From NCBI GenBank assembly GCA_964524955.1, contig CAZGEP010000003.1, positions 15 to 64,014 on the forward strand: DNA of 64,000 bases. The letters run 5' to 3'. Position numbers and translations under genes: made by a program. The notes beneath the pieces are model-generated. The model saw only the letters and a list, made by a program, of their open reading frames with translations. It did not search any database and had not been told where the DNA came from. How positions within the stretch are numbered: the stretch's first letter is position 1; each line of letters begins with the position of its first letter. Positions 6,593-17,900 of the stretch are shown piece after piece. This DNA comes from an uncultured Planctomycetota bacterium. Lineage in GTDB: Bacteria; Planctomycetota; CAZGEP01.

Positions 6593-8792
6593 TATTGATC
6601 CGAACATACTATTGGATTACGAAGATCCGGAAACACATGTTTTGATAAATAATGGGGATAGAGATCTTATCCCTATACGTATTGACCTACCTAAAGCTCC
6701 GGAGCCAGAGAAGATAATAAACTTCGGTCTGCCGGCAAAAAAGCAGAAATGGAGACCTCCCAGGATGCCTAAGCGTTTGAAATACATCGAAAGGCAACAT
6801 GATTCGATTGATCAGATATGGGATTACCTGGAGGAGAACAAGGATATTTACAGTAAGGAGATCGAATGGATCAATAAAATGTGGGATTACCGGTTGAAAG
6901 GGGCCTGGATCTATATCAACGGTAAGCCTACATATATGGATGGATGGCATTTCTTCTATTGTGGATTCTGGACGATAGATGTTGGGTTGCCATTATACCG
7001 GGATAGAGATCGTAGGTGGTTCCTTGCAGCCCGATTTTTTTACAATGAAACTCGTACATTCAAAGATTTTGATGAGGATGGGAACGCCATACCAAATAAG
7101 CAGGGAGTTTATGAGTATGTAGATACGTATCACCGGTTATTCTATGGGTTCAACTATCCTAAGCATAGGAGGGAGGGAGCGACATACCGGGCCGAATGTA
7201 TCAATTATGAAGTTATCTCTCGCACGGAGAACGCCATGGGGGGGATTCAATCAATGAATGATACATCATCCAGGAAAGCCTTTCGAAAGCATCTGGTGTT
7301 CCCATGGAAAAGATTACCGTTTTTCTTTAAGCCGAATTACGAAGGATCAACGGATCCAAAATCAGAATTATCATTTAATCCTCCGGCCATACGTATATCC
7401 TCCAAAGGATCTCTGGCAATATCAAATTTTGGCCTTGAATCACTGATTAATTATGAGGTCGCAGATAAGGGGGCATATGATGGTGATAAACTGATCTTTC
7501 ATCATGATGATGAGGTGGGCAAGTTAAAGCCTCCCTTTGATTGCTGGGAGCGTCACCAGGTAGTCAAGGAATGTCTGGTCCAGGGGGCTGATATCGTTGG
7601 GTTTTCAATAAAAACCTCAACAGTGGGAGAGATGGAGCGTGGTGGTGGACGGAAATTTGAACATCAATGTAAATTATCAGATTATTATAAACGAACAGCC
7701 AATGGACAGACCGTATCAGGACTTGCAAATCTATTTTTCTCAGCTGCAGATGGGATGGAAGGGTTTATCGGACCATATGGAGAAAGCATTATTAATACCC
7801 CAACTAAAGAGCAAGCGGATTTTATTCGCAGGAAAATCGGGGCGAAAGAATTTTTACTCAACAGGAGAAAAGGATATATTGATGCTGGGGACTTTGAAGG
7901 TTTATCAGAAGAAATCCGATTATACCCTATGTCTTTCAAAGAATGCTTCCGTACCGGTGCCAAGCAATCAGGGTTCAACCTTAGAATTTTAGAGGAGAGG
8001 ATTGATCAGCTTCGATTTGAGAAAAAGACACATACCAGAGGGAATTTCCGTTGGGTAGATAATGTGCGTGATGGGGAGGTGGAGTTTGTCGAAACGCCAT
8101 CGGGAAAGTTTTTAGTTTCTCAACAGCTGGATGAGGGAGAGAGTAATCGCAAAGAATGGGATCCTTATATCGAATCCTGGGTTCCACTTAACACATCCTG
8201 GGGGGCAGCCGGCGGTGACCCGTTCAAATTTATGAAAACAGAGTATAATCGGAAATCAAATGGGGGTGGTGCGGTAATCAGAAAGAGGAATTATTCTAAA
8301 GATATGAACACCAAAAGGAAGTTCGTATGCACTTATAATGTTCGCATAGGAGATAAGAATATCTATGCCGAGGATATGCTTATGATGTGTGTATATTTTG
8401 GCGTTCAGATGTTCCCGGAGATAAACGTTCCGCTGTTATGGGATTATTTTGACGCCAGGGGATATCGGGCATTTTTATTGCACAAAATAAATCCTCATAC
8501 TATGACAACAAAAATTACTCCCGGATCAAACACATCAGATCAGTTTAAGCAGGATCTGTTTTCTGAATATATGACATGGATAGAGAATGAGGCCATAGAG
8601 GAAACGCATGTTGAATTGCTGGAGGAATGTAAGGATATTGGAGGTATAGAGGAGATGCCGGATTATGACCTTTTTACAGCTGGGGGATATGCTCTGATGG
8701 CTACTTTGAGTGTGTATGATGAGATTCAGAAGTTAAGCAGGGAGGAAAAGAGTGTTGATAGATTTTTTAAGAAAAAGGTTTATCGGAGGTAA
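6555..8792 (+). CDS. putative terminase large subunit (745 aa)
   Basis: Size and position directly upstream of portal-scaffold-capsid genes. Walker-B-like KLIFHHDDE and a later G-x-D nuclease-like start (WGAAGGDPFKF). No canonical Walker A seen, so the call is tentative. Confidence 0.4.
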   Translation: MKNLREIIQRNPDIDPNILLDYEDPETHVLINNGDRDLIPIRIDLPKAPEPEKIINFGLPAKKQKWRPPRMPKRLKYIERQHDSIDQIWDYLEENKDIYSKEIEWINKMWDYRLKGAWIYINGKPTYMDGWHFFYCGFWTIDVGLPLYRDRDRRWFLAARFFYNETRTFKDFDEDGNAIPNKQGVYEYVDTYHRLFYGFNYPKHRREGATYRAECINYEVISRTENAMGGIQSMNDTSSRKAFRKHLVFPWKRLPFFFKPNYEGSTDPKSELSFNPPAIRISSKGSLAISNFGLESLINYEVADKGAYDGDKLIFHHDDEVGKLKPPFDCWERHQVVKECLVQGADIVGFSIKTSTVGEMERGGGRKFEHQCKLSDYYKRTANGQTVSGLANLFFSAADGMEGFIGPYGESIINTPTKEQADFIRRKIGAKEFLLNRRKGYIDAGDFEGLSEEIRLYPMSFKECFRTGAKQSGFNLRILEERIDQLRFEKKTHTRGNFRWVDNVRDGEVEFVETPSGKFLVSQQLDEGESNRKEWDPYIESWVPLNTSWGAAGGDPFKFMKTEYNRKSNGGGAVIRKRNYSKDMNTKRKFVCTYNVRIGDKNIYAEDMLMMCVYFGVQMFPEINVPLLWDYFDARGYRAFLLHKINPHTMTTKITPGSNTSDQFKQDLFSEYMTWIENEAIEETHVELLEECKDIGGIEEMPDYDLFTAGGYALMATLSVYDEIQKLSREEKSVDRFFKKKVYRR

Positions 8793-8824
8793 TTAATTTC
8801 ATATATTTAGAGAAACCGCAGAAT

Positions 8825-11158
8825 ATGATTGAGGCATATAACGGATATAAAAATGGTCTATTTCCTTTTCCTAAGCATGATATAGATCCAAAGTTGAAAC
8901 TCAAAAAAGAGTGGCATCTACAATATTCAAAGGCTATTATTGCCTCATGGCTCCAGGGGAAAACAGGTATTGCCTACAATTCAACATTACAATTTAAAGG
9001 TTTGCGACAATTTGCGGATGGCGAACAGCCGCCTGAAAAATATATGGAGATCTTATTGGATGAGGAGGAGTCGGATGCTGGAGAGCGTAAAGGATGGATG
9101 AATGTTAATTGGGAGATTTTTAGTGTGGCCCCAAAATTTATGAACGTTGTTATCGGTATGTTCGAGGAACAGGAATTTGATGTTTCAGCTTCTGCGGTTG
9201 ACCCCATATCGAGCATGGAGAGGGAAGAGAAAAAATGGAGTACGTGGTTTAATTCCGTACATCGGGGTAAACTAAAAGATATTCGTAAGAAAATGGGAGT
9301 GCCTCCTCCCGATGATGGTTATCTTCCCGAGTCAATCCAGGAGCTGAATCTATTTGAGGAGTTGGGAGGATTTAAGTTGGGTAAAGAGATATCAATGGAG
9401 AATGGTATTGATTATACCCTATATATCTCTGATTGGAAAGAGATCAAAAGAAAAATGATCCGGGATTTATTGGCATGTGGGGCGACTGCCGTAAGGGATT
9501 ATGTTGATAAGACAACACAGAAGGTTCGGGTGAAATATTCTGATCCTGAAAGAACAATTATTCAGCAGAGCGAGGTGAATAATCATAAGGATGCCTCCTG
9601 GGGTGGATATATTGAAAAAGTGCCTATTCATGTGTTGCGTATGGAGACCGACCTGGATGAGGATCAGCTGTATGAGATCGCTATGTTGTATTCGGGGAGT
9701 AACAATAATATCGATATCAGCGAGATGCCCAGCGATGATATGAAACTATCAGATGGATCATATAAGTATGATTACATGACAGTTGATGTTCTGGAGGCTG
9801 AGTTTGTAAGTGTGAATAGTGAATATAAGACTAAACGGAAAAATAATCGTGGAGAGGAATATTACTTCGATGAGACGTTTGGTAAATTTCACAATTCCGA
9901 AAAGAAAAAGACTGAGGTACAGAAAAAACATCAGGTTTATGCGTCAAAGCTGATCTTAGGAACGGATTATATCTATGATTACGGATATCAATATGACGTT
10001 CCTCGTCCGGGCAAGAAAGAGGTTAGGTTGTCTTTCCATGTGTATAAGGTTCCCGGGAGATCCTTGATATCAAATATCATCCCTAACCTTGATAACCTGC
10101 AGATTGCCTGGCTGAAATTTCAGAACAACCTGGCTCAGGCATCGGCACCCGGTCTTGCTGTTGAATATTCATCTTTGCAGAATATGCTGTTGGGAGGACA
10201 TAAAGCGGCTCCCATGGAGATATTAAGTGTTCGTAGAGACACCGGTGATCTGATATATCGTGCGACAACACACCGGGGTCTTGTTAATAGCCCCCATGCT
10301 GGCAAACCGGTCGTTGAACTTGAAGGAGGAATGGGGAGATCCCTGGATGAGTTTGTCAGGATATTTGAAATGAATCTTGCTTTTATACGTGAGTTTACCG
10401 GGATAAATAAAATTGCTGACGCCTCTGATCCTAATCCTCAACAAAGTGTAGGTGGATCGCAACTGGCGGTAGCTGCAACAGCCAATGCGTTAAAGCCAGT
10501 CTATTCAGGATATATATCGATCAAAGAACGCACGGCATTGAATGTAGCTTTACGTATGCAGATTGTTATTAAATATAATAAACAGGCATATAAGGGATAT
10601 TATCCCGTGTTGGGACAGTCCGGGGTGAAGTTACTTTCTATTGGGGCAGAGGTGGTTGATGTTGATTTTGCTTTTAAGTTGGAGGCCAGGCCGGATGATG
10701 AGATGAAACAGACTATTCGCAATGCAGCGATCCAGGCGATGCAGCCTGACAGGGATGGGCATGCAGGAATAGAGATGCCTGATTACCTGATGGTCGAAAG
10801 ATTGATGGATTTGGGAAATTTGAAGTTGGCTCAGGCGTTGTTATCTGAAAGGATTCGTAAGAATAAACAGCTGACGATGGAACGCCAACGGGAGAATATG
10901 GAATTGGATGCCAAACGGGAACAGGAAGCCATACAGCTGAAAGAGCAGATGGAGGAGAAAAAAGATGTAAGGGAGAATGAATTAAATAAAGACTTTGAGA
11001 CCCACAAGCATAAATTGAAAATGCAGGAGTTGGAGAAAGAGGGAGAGATTGAGGCGAACAAAATGCAAGTAGAAAAAACGATTGATGCGGTTGTGGCTGA
11101 ACAGGAAAATAAGCAAGAGACTAATTCAAATAAACAGGAAGGCAAACCAAATAATTAA
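8825..11158 (+). CDS. putative portal protein (777 aa) with long C-terminal K/E-rich coiled coil
   Basis: Size, and position between the terminase-like and scaffold/capsid genes; no sequence motif used. Confidence 0.4.
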   Translation: MIEAYNGYKNGLFPFPKHDIDPKLKLKKEWHLQYSKAIIASWLQGKTGIAYNSTLQFKGLRQFADGEQPPEKYMEILLDEEESDAGERKGWMNVNWEIFSVAPKFMNVVIGMFEEQEFDVSASAVDPISSMEREEKKWSTWFNSVHRGKLKDIRKKMGVPPPDDGYLPESIQELNLFEELGGFKLGKEISMENGIDYTLYISDWKEIKRKMIRDLLACGATAVRDYVDKTTQKVRVKYSDPERTIIQQSEVNNHKDASWGGYIEKVPIHVLRMETDLDEDQLYEIAMLYSGSNNNIDISEMPSDDMKLSDGSYKYDYMTVDVLEAEFVSVNSEYKTKRKNNRGEEYYFDETFGKFHNSEKKKTEVQKKHQVYASKLILGTDYIYDYGYQYDVPRPGKKEVRLSFHVYKVPGRSLISNIIPNLDNLQIAWLKFQNNLAQASAPGLAVEYSSLQNMLLGGHKAAPMEILSVRRDTGDLIYRATTHRGLVNSPHAGKPVVELEGGMGRSLDEFVRIFEMNLAFIREFTGINKIADASDPNPQQSVGGSQLAVAATANALKPVYSGYISIKERTALNVALRMQIVIKYNKQAYKGYYPVLGQSGVKLLSIGAEVVDVDFAFKLEARPDDEMKQTIRNAAIQAMQPDRDGHAGIEMPDYLMVERLMDLGNLKLAQALLSERIRKNKQLTMERQRENMELDAKREQEAIQLKEQMEEKKDVRENELNKDFETHKHKLKMQELEKEGEIEANKMQVEKTIDAVVAEQENKQETNSNKQEGKPNN

Positions 11159-11164
11159 CAAGCT

Positions 11165-12442
11165 ATGACAGAAGATGAAAAAAGATTAAAGCAACAGGAG
11201 AGGGAATCCTCTCCGGAGTACCAGGCACTGAAAGATCTCACTGGAGATGGATTTTCAGTTAAGAACCTGGTAGATGGAGACAGTGGTGACGCCGGTGAGG
11301 TCGGTGAGGCCGGTGACGCTGGTGATGCTGGTGATGCTGGTGGCCAAGGTGACGCTGGTGACGCTGGTGACGCTGGAAAATCGGGAACCATCAAAAATGA
11401 ACAGCACCCGGAACCTGATAAAGGAAAATCCGAAGAAGATAAGGAAAAAGGAAAACAGCCTCCCCCGGGTGAAACGGATAAAAATACTTTCCCTCTGAAT
11501 GAGATATTTGGAGATAGGTTTAAATCCGTTGATGAACTGAAGGAGGCTGATATTGCCGGTCAACTTGAAGAACTCGAGACCCTGAGACAGGAGAACGAGT
11601 CGCTCAAAGGTGAGGTCGAGAACCCAACACTGGGGTTTGCGGACGATAACGTAGCCCTATATAATGAGTTTGTAAAAGAGACCGGCGTTCGGGACTACAA
11701 TCTATTTTCAAAACTTAACGGCCTAAACATGGAATCATCTGATAATTTGGATGTCATGGTCATGTCGCAGGTTTTGAAGAACCCCCGTTTGGCTGGGAAA
11801 GAGCCATTGTTGAGGAAAAATCTTGAAAGACAATACAAGGTGGATCCTCAGCTGGTTGAGGATGGTGATCTTGATGAGGAACAGCTTGAACTGAATCAAT
11901 TATCACTTGAAGATGCTGCCGGTGATGCAAAGAAATCCATTGCGGAAATCAAGGAAAAGCTGAAATTACCAGAGAAGAGAGAAGTCTCAACTCCGGGTTC
12001 AAAGAAGCTGTCACCGGAGGATCGGGCCAAACTGGAAGATGGATGGGGTCAGGTAACTAAGGCCATCGGTGATGAATGGAAATCTATCCCACTCACTCCG
12101 GAAGGTGCAAAGGAGCCAATTATTGACTATGTCATTGACGACAAGGTGAAGGCTGATTTGATTCAGCAGTCTAAAGCGTATGCCATTGAGAACCAGATGG
12201 AACTTAATGAGGATAACATGAAGGCTGTTTTTGGTATGATGCAACGTGATTTTGTCACCGCCAATCTACCAAAGATCATTCATTCGGTAGCCAATAAAGT
12301 GTCATCTATGACAAAGGAAGAGGTTGACGCCATCTATACTAACCCTTCTGCCCTGAATTATAACCAGGGCGGTAGTGGTGGTTCGCAGGAGCCTGATCCT
12401 ATAGATGATGTCTTTGAGAAGGAAAAACAGCAACTTGGGTAA
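11165..12442 (+). CDS. acidic scaffold-like protein containing a (GDAG)n tandem repeat
   Basis: pI clearly acidic; DGDSGDAGEVGEAGDAGDAGDAGGQGDAGDAGDAG repeat; located between portal and capsid genes. Confidence 0.4.
   Translation: MTEDEKRLKQQERESSPEYQALKDLTGDGFSVKNLVDGDSGDAGEVGEAGDAGDAGDAGGQGDAGDAGDAGKSGTIKNEQHPEPDKGKSEEDKEKGKQPPPGETDKNTFPLNEIFGDRFKSVDELKEADIAGQLEELETLRQENESLKGEVENPTLGFADDNVALYNEFVKETGVRDYNLFSKLNGLNMESSDNLDVMVMSQVLKNPRLAGKEPLLRKNLERQYKVDPQLVEDGDLDEEQLELNQLSLEDAAGDAKKSIAEIKEKLKLPEKREVSTPGSKKLSPEDRAKLEDGWGQVTKAIGDEWKSIPLTPEGAKEPIIDYVIDDKVKADLIQQSKAYAIENQMELNEDNMKAVFGMMQRDFVTANLPKIIHSVANKVSSMTKEEVDAIYTNPSALNYNQGGSGGSQEPDPIDDVFEKEKQQLG
11284..11377. repeat. tandem 9-nt repeat (GGTGAYGCY) x ~10 inside the scaffold-like gene
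   Basis: ggtgacgccggtgaggtcggtgaggccggtgacgctggtgatgctggtgatgctggtggccaaggtgacgctggtgacgctggtgacgct; also explains the spurious minus-strand ORFs 11155..11394 and 11255..11563. Confidence 0.85.
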
Positions 12443-12500
12443 AGCTACACAGTGAAAGCAAGGAGGCATGTATTATTATGAATTTTAAATTATAATTTTT

Positions 12501-13892
12501 ATGACTCCAGATTCTATTGCACAAATATATGCCTCAGATATTGTATCAGGTTTTGATATTTACAAGCCTGAGAAAATGAACGAATTGTTCACGAGGTATG
12601 ACGACCAGGGATTGAGCATGTTCAATGTTATTCGTTCCCTGGGCTTCGAGAAAGAGGTGGCCTTAGATACTTATGGTCACTATGAGGACAACAAGATCCA
12701 TGAGACCATTAAGGTCAGGAATATTGTTTCTCAACCCTCTGTTGGTGATGATATTGTATTTGTACTCGATGCAGATTCCTTGGATGCGAATAATAATTTC
12801 TATCCACGGATGTATGACACGATCTTATTTGCGAATGAGGTCACCGGGTATATTTCCGATATCGATGTCACAACCCCTGCCGATCCGGCAATCACCGTTA
12901 CCCTTAACGATTCTACGGATCAGTTCCCTGCCCTTGCTGCAGACGAACATCTGGCTATTATCTCTAATGCGTTCTCAGAAGGATCCGGTCAACCCGATGG
13001 AGCCATCAGGGGCGTATGGGAGTATGATAACGATGCTCAGATCATCAAGGAGACCATTGGGTTTACTGGATCTGAAATGGTTAATCAGGATTGGTTTAAT
13101 GTTACCTCGGACGGACAGAAGATCCCGGCATATTATTTTCTCGGACAAACTGATATTGATTATCGGATCGCCCTGAAAATTGACGGTGCCCTTTTGTTTC
13201 AAAAGAGGACGGCAAACGCAACTGCTATTGACCCGGACACCGGTAGGTTAATTAAGACCACTGAAGGACTTATTCCTTACACACGAAGAGTTGGAAACGT
13301 TCATCCCTACACGGTAGGATCAATGGATATTTCTGATTTTGATGAGATCAACCTCATGCTTGATAGAAATTTCGCAGGGAATTATATCATGTCGATGTTA
13401 GGGATTAAGGCCCAGCAGGAGATGGAAGATCTGTTGAAATTGTATTTCGCAGATACTAACATCAACTTTACCAGGCAGGCTGTCAATAATGCTCTTTTCA
13501 ATAAGAATGAGTCCTTGGCTGCCTCTGTGAACTTTAAGTACCTGACCAAAAATGAGAGGACTTTCCTCTTTAAGCGGTTCGGGAACTTGAGTAATCCGCA
13601 GACCTTTGGTGCTTATACTGGTTCAGCGTATCAGTATGATTTCCCATCCATGGGTGTATTCCTTCCTATTAACCGGAAGAAGGATCCTAAAACCAAAAAC
13701 CTGGTCGAATCAATCGGTGTAAGGTATCGTGGTTTAGGAAACTACAACCGCAGGATGGAAGTATGGCAGGTTGGTGGTGCCGGACCGGGAATGAAAGTAA
13801 CCGAGTTTGATAGTCGGTACACCTATCAGAGAACCCATATTGGTGCCCATTTCCGGGGTGGTAATCAGTTTGTTTTATTGGATCCTGCATAG
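12501..13892 (+). CDS. putative major capsid protein (463 aa)
   Basis: Position after the scaffold-like gene; followed by a strong intrinsic terminator. No motif-level evidence. Confidence 0.45.
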   Translation: MTPDSIAQIYASDIVSGFDIYKPEKMNELFTRYDDQGLSMFNVIRSLGFEKEVALDTYGHYEDNKIHETIKVRNIVSQPSVGDDIVFVLDADSLDANNNFYPRMYDTILFANEVTGYISDIDVTTPADPAITVTLNDSTDQFPALAADEHLAIISNAFSEGSGQPDGAIRGVWEYDNDAQIIKETIGFTGSEMVNQDWFNVTSDGQKIPAYYFLGQTDIDYRIALKIDGALLFQKRTANATAIDPDTGRLIKTTEGLIPYTRRVGNVHPYTVGSMDISDFDEINLMLDRNFAGNYIMSMLGIKAQQEMEDLLKLYFADTNINFTRQAVNNALFNKNESLAASVNFKYLTKNERTFLFKRFGNLSNPQTFGAYTGSAYQYDFPSMGVFLPINRKKDPKTKNLVESIGVRYRGLGNYNRRMEVWQVGGAGPGMKVTEFDSRYTYQRTHIGAHFRGGNQFVLLDPA

Positions 13893-13920
13893 GATTCTAT
13901 TTGATAAATCTGAAAAGTCT

Positions 13921-13947
13921 CTCCCCATTATGGGGAGGGGCTTTTTA
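13921..13947 (+). terminator. rho-independent terminator (CTCCCCA/TGGGGAG stem + T-run)
   Basis: ctccccattatggggag then gggcttttta. Confidence 0.55.
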
Positions 13948-13962
13948 TAAAAAACAGAAACT

Positions 13963-14889
13963 ATGTTATACAAGAATGGCTCTCCGTATGAAATGACGGA
14001 TAAAGAAAAAAAGACATTGAAGGAGAATTTTACATTTCCGGTCTACCTTCGTTATCCTCCTCACTTTATTAAACCCAGCAGATTAAACCCTTTACCGGAC
14101 AAGCCGGCAGGAATAAATATTCCGCTAAAGTCTATTATCCGGGAGGATGGTACCACTGTAGAGTGGAGGTGGGCACAGTCAACAACTCTTGGACAAAATG
14201 GGAGGACAATGTTTTCTCCCAGGGTAATCCCATTCCAGGGAGACTGGTCCGTTCGTGATTTGGACCTGGATCTCCTGTATTTTCTCTATTATAAATCCCC
14301 ATACTGCTTAAATGGGGAGTTGGATCAACGCCAAAAAAAGAAAGCGTACTTTGAGATTGAAGATTTGGCACAGGCTGCAAGCCAAAAGGTCAAAACTCGT
14401 AAGCTGGAAGGCCGGGTACGTACACTGATCGATGATGATGATCTTGGATTATCAGAGAGGAAGCTACGGGCTGTAGCGAAAGCATATTTCGTTCCCAATG
14501 CCGATCGCCTTACCTTGGATCAGTTGAGGGTTGTCCTGGATCTTGAAGTTCGTAAGGACAAAAAGAATGGATTTCAGAAATTCCTTGACATGGTCAACGC
14601 TGATGAGATGATTAAAAACAGGGGATTTATCCGTACAGCCGTGGATGAAGGTGTTGTTAAGTGGGATCTAAAAACTAAAACCTGGCATTTTGCCCATCCA
14701 GAAAAGGGGAATAAGAAGGGTGATCCCATATGCAAGGTGAATAAGATCGAACCCATGGCAGGACTCGTTGAGTTCTATAATGGGAATGATGAGTTTCACC
14801 AGCGGCTCGATGCTGAGATGGAAGGGATTTTTTCAACCGAAGTTGTATCAAAAGTTATTGACGATGGGAGTGAAGTAAAGAAAACGTGA
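13963..14889 (+). CDS. hypothetical virion-module protein (308 aa)
   Basis: ORF between the capsid and tail-fibre genes; ends at a terminator. Confidence 0.45.
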   Translation: MLYKNGSPYEMTDKEKKTLKENFTFPVYLRYPPHFIKPSRLNPLPDKPAGINIPLKSIIREDGTTVEWRWAQSTTLGQNGRTMFSPRVIPFQGDWSVRDLDLDLLYFLYYKSPYCLNGELDQRQKKKAYFEIEDLAQAASQKVKTRKLEGRVRTLIDDDDLGLSERKLRAVAKAYFVPNADRLTLDQLRVVLDLEVRKDKKNGFQKFLDMVNADEMIKNRGFIRTAVDEGVVKWDLKTKTWHFAHPEKGNKKGDPICKVNKIEPMAGLVEFYNGNDEFHQRLDAEMEGIFSTEVVSKVIDDGSEVKKT

Positions 14890-14914
14890 TGAATAATCGT
14901 TCATATAACCCAGA

Positions 14915-14955
14915 GAGAGAATGCTGCAGTGATGTGGTATTCTCTCCTTTTGTTT
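14915..14955 (+). terminator. rho-independent terminator (GAGAGAAT/ATTCTCTC 8-bp stem + CTTTTGTTT)
   Basis: Perfect 8-bp inverted repeat with a 16-nt loop followed by a T-rich tract. Confidence 0.5.
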
Positions 14956-14962
14956 AAAAACA

Positions 14963-17900
14963 ATGACAAACGAAGAAGTTTTAATACGGACAAGATTTAG
15001 GCTGGATCTAACACCTAAGAGGGTAGTTTTTACTGATGATATTGATTATACTGTAGCCGGGGATGATATAGATGATTTTTCCGGGGTGATTCGTATTTCC
15101 GGGCCTAATGGATTGATATATGAGAATACGGATTTTGGTGATCCGGATATTGTTCCGGGAACATCTCGGGAGTCATTAATTTTGATAACTCTTCCTGTTG
15201 ATCCGCAAAATGGGTACCAGGTGTATGATGGCACATATACGGTCAAATATACTATTCGTAATAATAGCACGTTGGCCACTTATGAGGAGACCTTTGTGTA
15301 TGGGTTTCATTTTGAAGAACCCACTATGCTGCATGATGTTGACTCTGGACCTTTTACAGCTACCCTTAGAAGTCGGGATCTGACCAATTATGGATCTCAT
15401 ATAGATACTCTTACACGGGTACACACACTTCACTATCCAGAAGGAATAACCCCTTCTCCTCCGGCTGATATCGTTACAGCCTTGGATGATTACACCGTTG
15501 ATCCTGCTTATTCAAATTTGTGGGAGATAACCATTGAAACGAATGTTCTATATATCCAGCCCGATCAACTTGAATATCGGTGGATAGGATCGATCTATAC
15601 GGAGCATTGCGTGTTTGGGTCATGTATAAATGACATGGCCGATGTGCTGGGTATTATGTTTGATCTGTATATCGGATATACCACTACGAACCCGGCTAAA
15701 GCGGCACAGTTTCGTGAACGCCTTATAAAATCCTCAACAGCATATTCTTTAATGGAGATTGCCTGGAGGGCTGGCGATTATGAGGAGGCTGATAAGCAGA
15801 TCAATATTATTCAGGACCAGGTTCAGCTTAGTGGAGTCACATCATGTGTCCAGGGTGGACCCAGCTCAGAGGTTATACCATGTGGGCCATGGGATGGAAC
15901 CGGTATAGCATCACCTGAATATACGTTTAATAATGCCATAACAGAGGTAGCTGGTGTTGTTAGCCTCGGGGGATCATTGATCAATGATACCAATATAGTT
16001 GCCGGAGGATATCATTTTGATGTTTCTGGTGCCTCGGTAGGACATTCGGTGCAGATGCGTATCGATGCTGCTAATCCACATATATTTATTGCAGCTGATG
16101 ATGGATCTAATCAGGGCAAGGTATTGGTCTATGAGAATGGCGTTGATCTGGAGTATAACGATCTGGGAACGCCAGCAAACAATAAGAAATATTCATTAGG
16201 ATCATCGGGGCTGGTTGAGAACGCTGATTACATAAGCGATTATGTTAATCGGTCCCTGGTAAGCAAGGAGTATGTCGATAGCAGCATTCCGGATGTGGCC
16301 GTTGTTTCAGATGCCTCCCTTACGGGTGATGGTAGTGTGGGGGATCCTCTGCAGGTTGCTGTACCCTTCCCGGGATTTACAGATCTAAGTACAGATTATG
16401 GATATAGTGAACCGACACATGCTTTTTCGGAGATTACATCAACACCAACGACACTTGCTGGATATGGCATAACGGATGCTGTTGAGGATTTTCTTGGACT
16501 ATCTGATACCCCATCGGCATATACCGGTGAGGGAGAAAAGTTTCTAAAGGTAAATGCCGGTGAAACAGCAGTTGAGTTTTCGTCTGCATCGGGGTTTGTT
16601 CCTGATACCGGTGGCACGTTTACCGGCCAGGTGACAATATTTACATCGGAAAATTATCCTTTAATTCTTCAACAGGTCGGTAGTGGAGAGACCGTAGGCG
16701 TTGCAGACCCCAGTATTAATCAGATACAGTTTCAAGATAATGATGGTGATGTGCAGGGAGTGATTGGGATCGATGGTACCGGTAATTTAATGTTAGAGAC
16801 AAATGTCTCTGGCCAGCTGGTTCAGGTTGGTGGGGATTTTGATGTGCTTGGTGATATTACTGTGTCGGGGACCGTTGATGGTGTTGACATAAATGCTTTT
16901 AAAACATTGTTTGATGCACATACACATGATTTTGCTGATATTACCAGCACACCAACAACCTTGTCTGGGTATGGTATAACGGATGCAATGTTAAATACGG
17001 CAGAATCATGGCTGACAGAATTTGATGAAAAGATTGGAGTAACAATATCTGATCGCCTGGTTATCGAAGATGTGGCTGATAGTGGAACAAAGAAATATGT
17101 ATCTGTAGGTGAGCTGCCTAATTCAGCTGCTACATTTTTAGCATTAACGGATGCTCCATCCAGCTTTTCGGGTTCTGGCGATTATGTAGTTACGGTAAAC
17201 ACCGCAACAACAGCATTGGAGTTTACTGATTATAGTGGTTTGCACATAACAACCGCAGATGGAACATTGAACGCCTATTCTGAAAAAGTTCTACCAACAA
17301 TCAATGATGTGCTGATCATTGAAGATGCTGCAGACTCATATGAACAGAAAAAAATATACATAGGAAATCTTCCTTCATCTGGTGGAGGATCCGGAGTTGC
17401 CTTGTATTACAGGTTTGATAACACCACGGCAAAAGCAGATCCTACAGCTGGACGTTTTCGATTAAATAACGCCACATTAGCAGATGTGACGGAGATCTAT
17501 GTTGATGATCTGGCCTATAATTCAATTGATATAAGTACTATCATTGAAAATATTTACGTTGGAGATTATTTGTATATCCAGCAGCTGGACTCTACATCTA
17601 ATGTGGTTATTTATAGAGTAACAGCCATAGCGGTTGATGAGGTTGGTTATTATACTGTTGCTGTAGAATATGTTTCTGAAGGTGGTGATGGGCCTGATAA
17701 TAATGCTGATTGTGGTATCATAATTCAGCCTTCCATAACATCGGCCTATACTTTTCAACATTCTATTGAAGAATCATCGGGTATTGTAAATCTCGTTAAT
17801 GATGAGGTCAGCCCTGGTAACAGTAAGCTATATGGAACGGATGGTTCGGGAGCCAAGGGGTGGTTTGATATTACAGGTGATCATGATGCGGTAACTATTG

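Noticed and set aside
11155-11563. Minus-strand ORFs 11155..11394 and 11255..11563 and + alt-frame ORF 11274..11498
   Set aside because: All are low-complexity translations (PASPAS, VTSVTS) of the 9-nt tandem repeat inside the scaffold-like gene.
12673-13176. 167-aa alternative-frame ORF inside the capsid gene
   Set aside because: Overlaps the much longer 12501..13892 frame; composition (Arg/Leu/Ser-rich) typical of an off-frame artefact.
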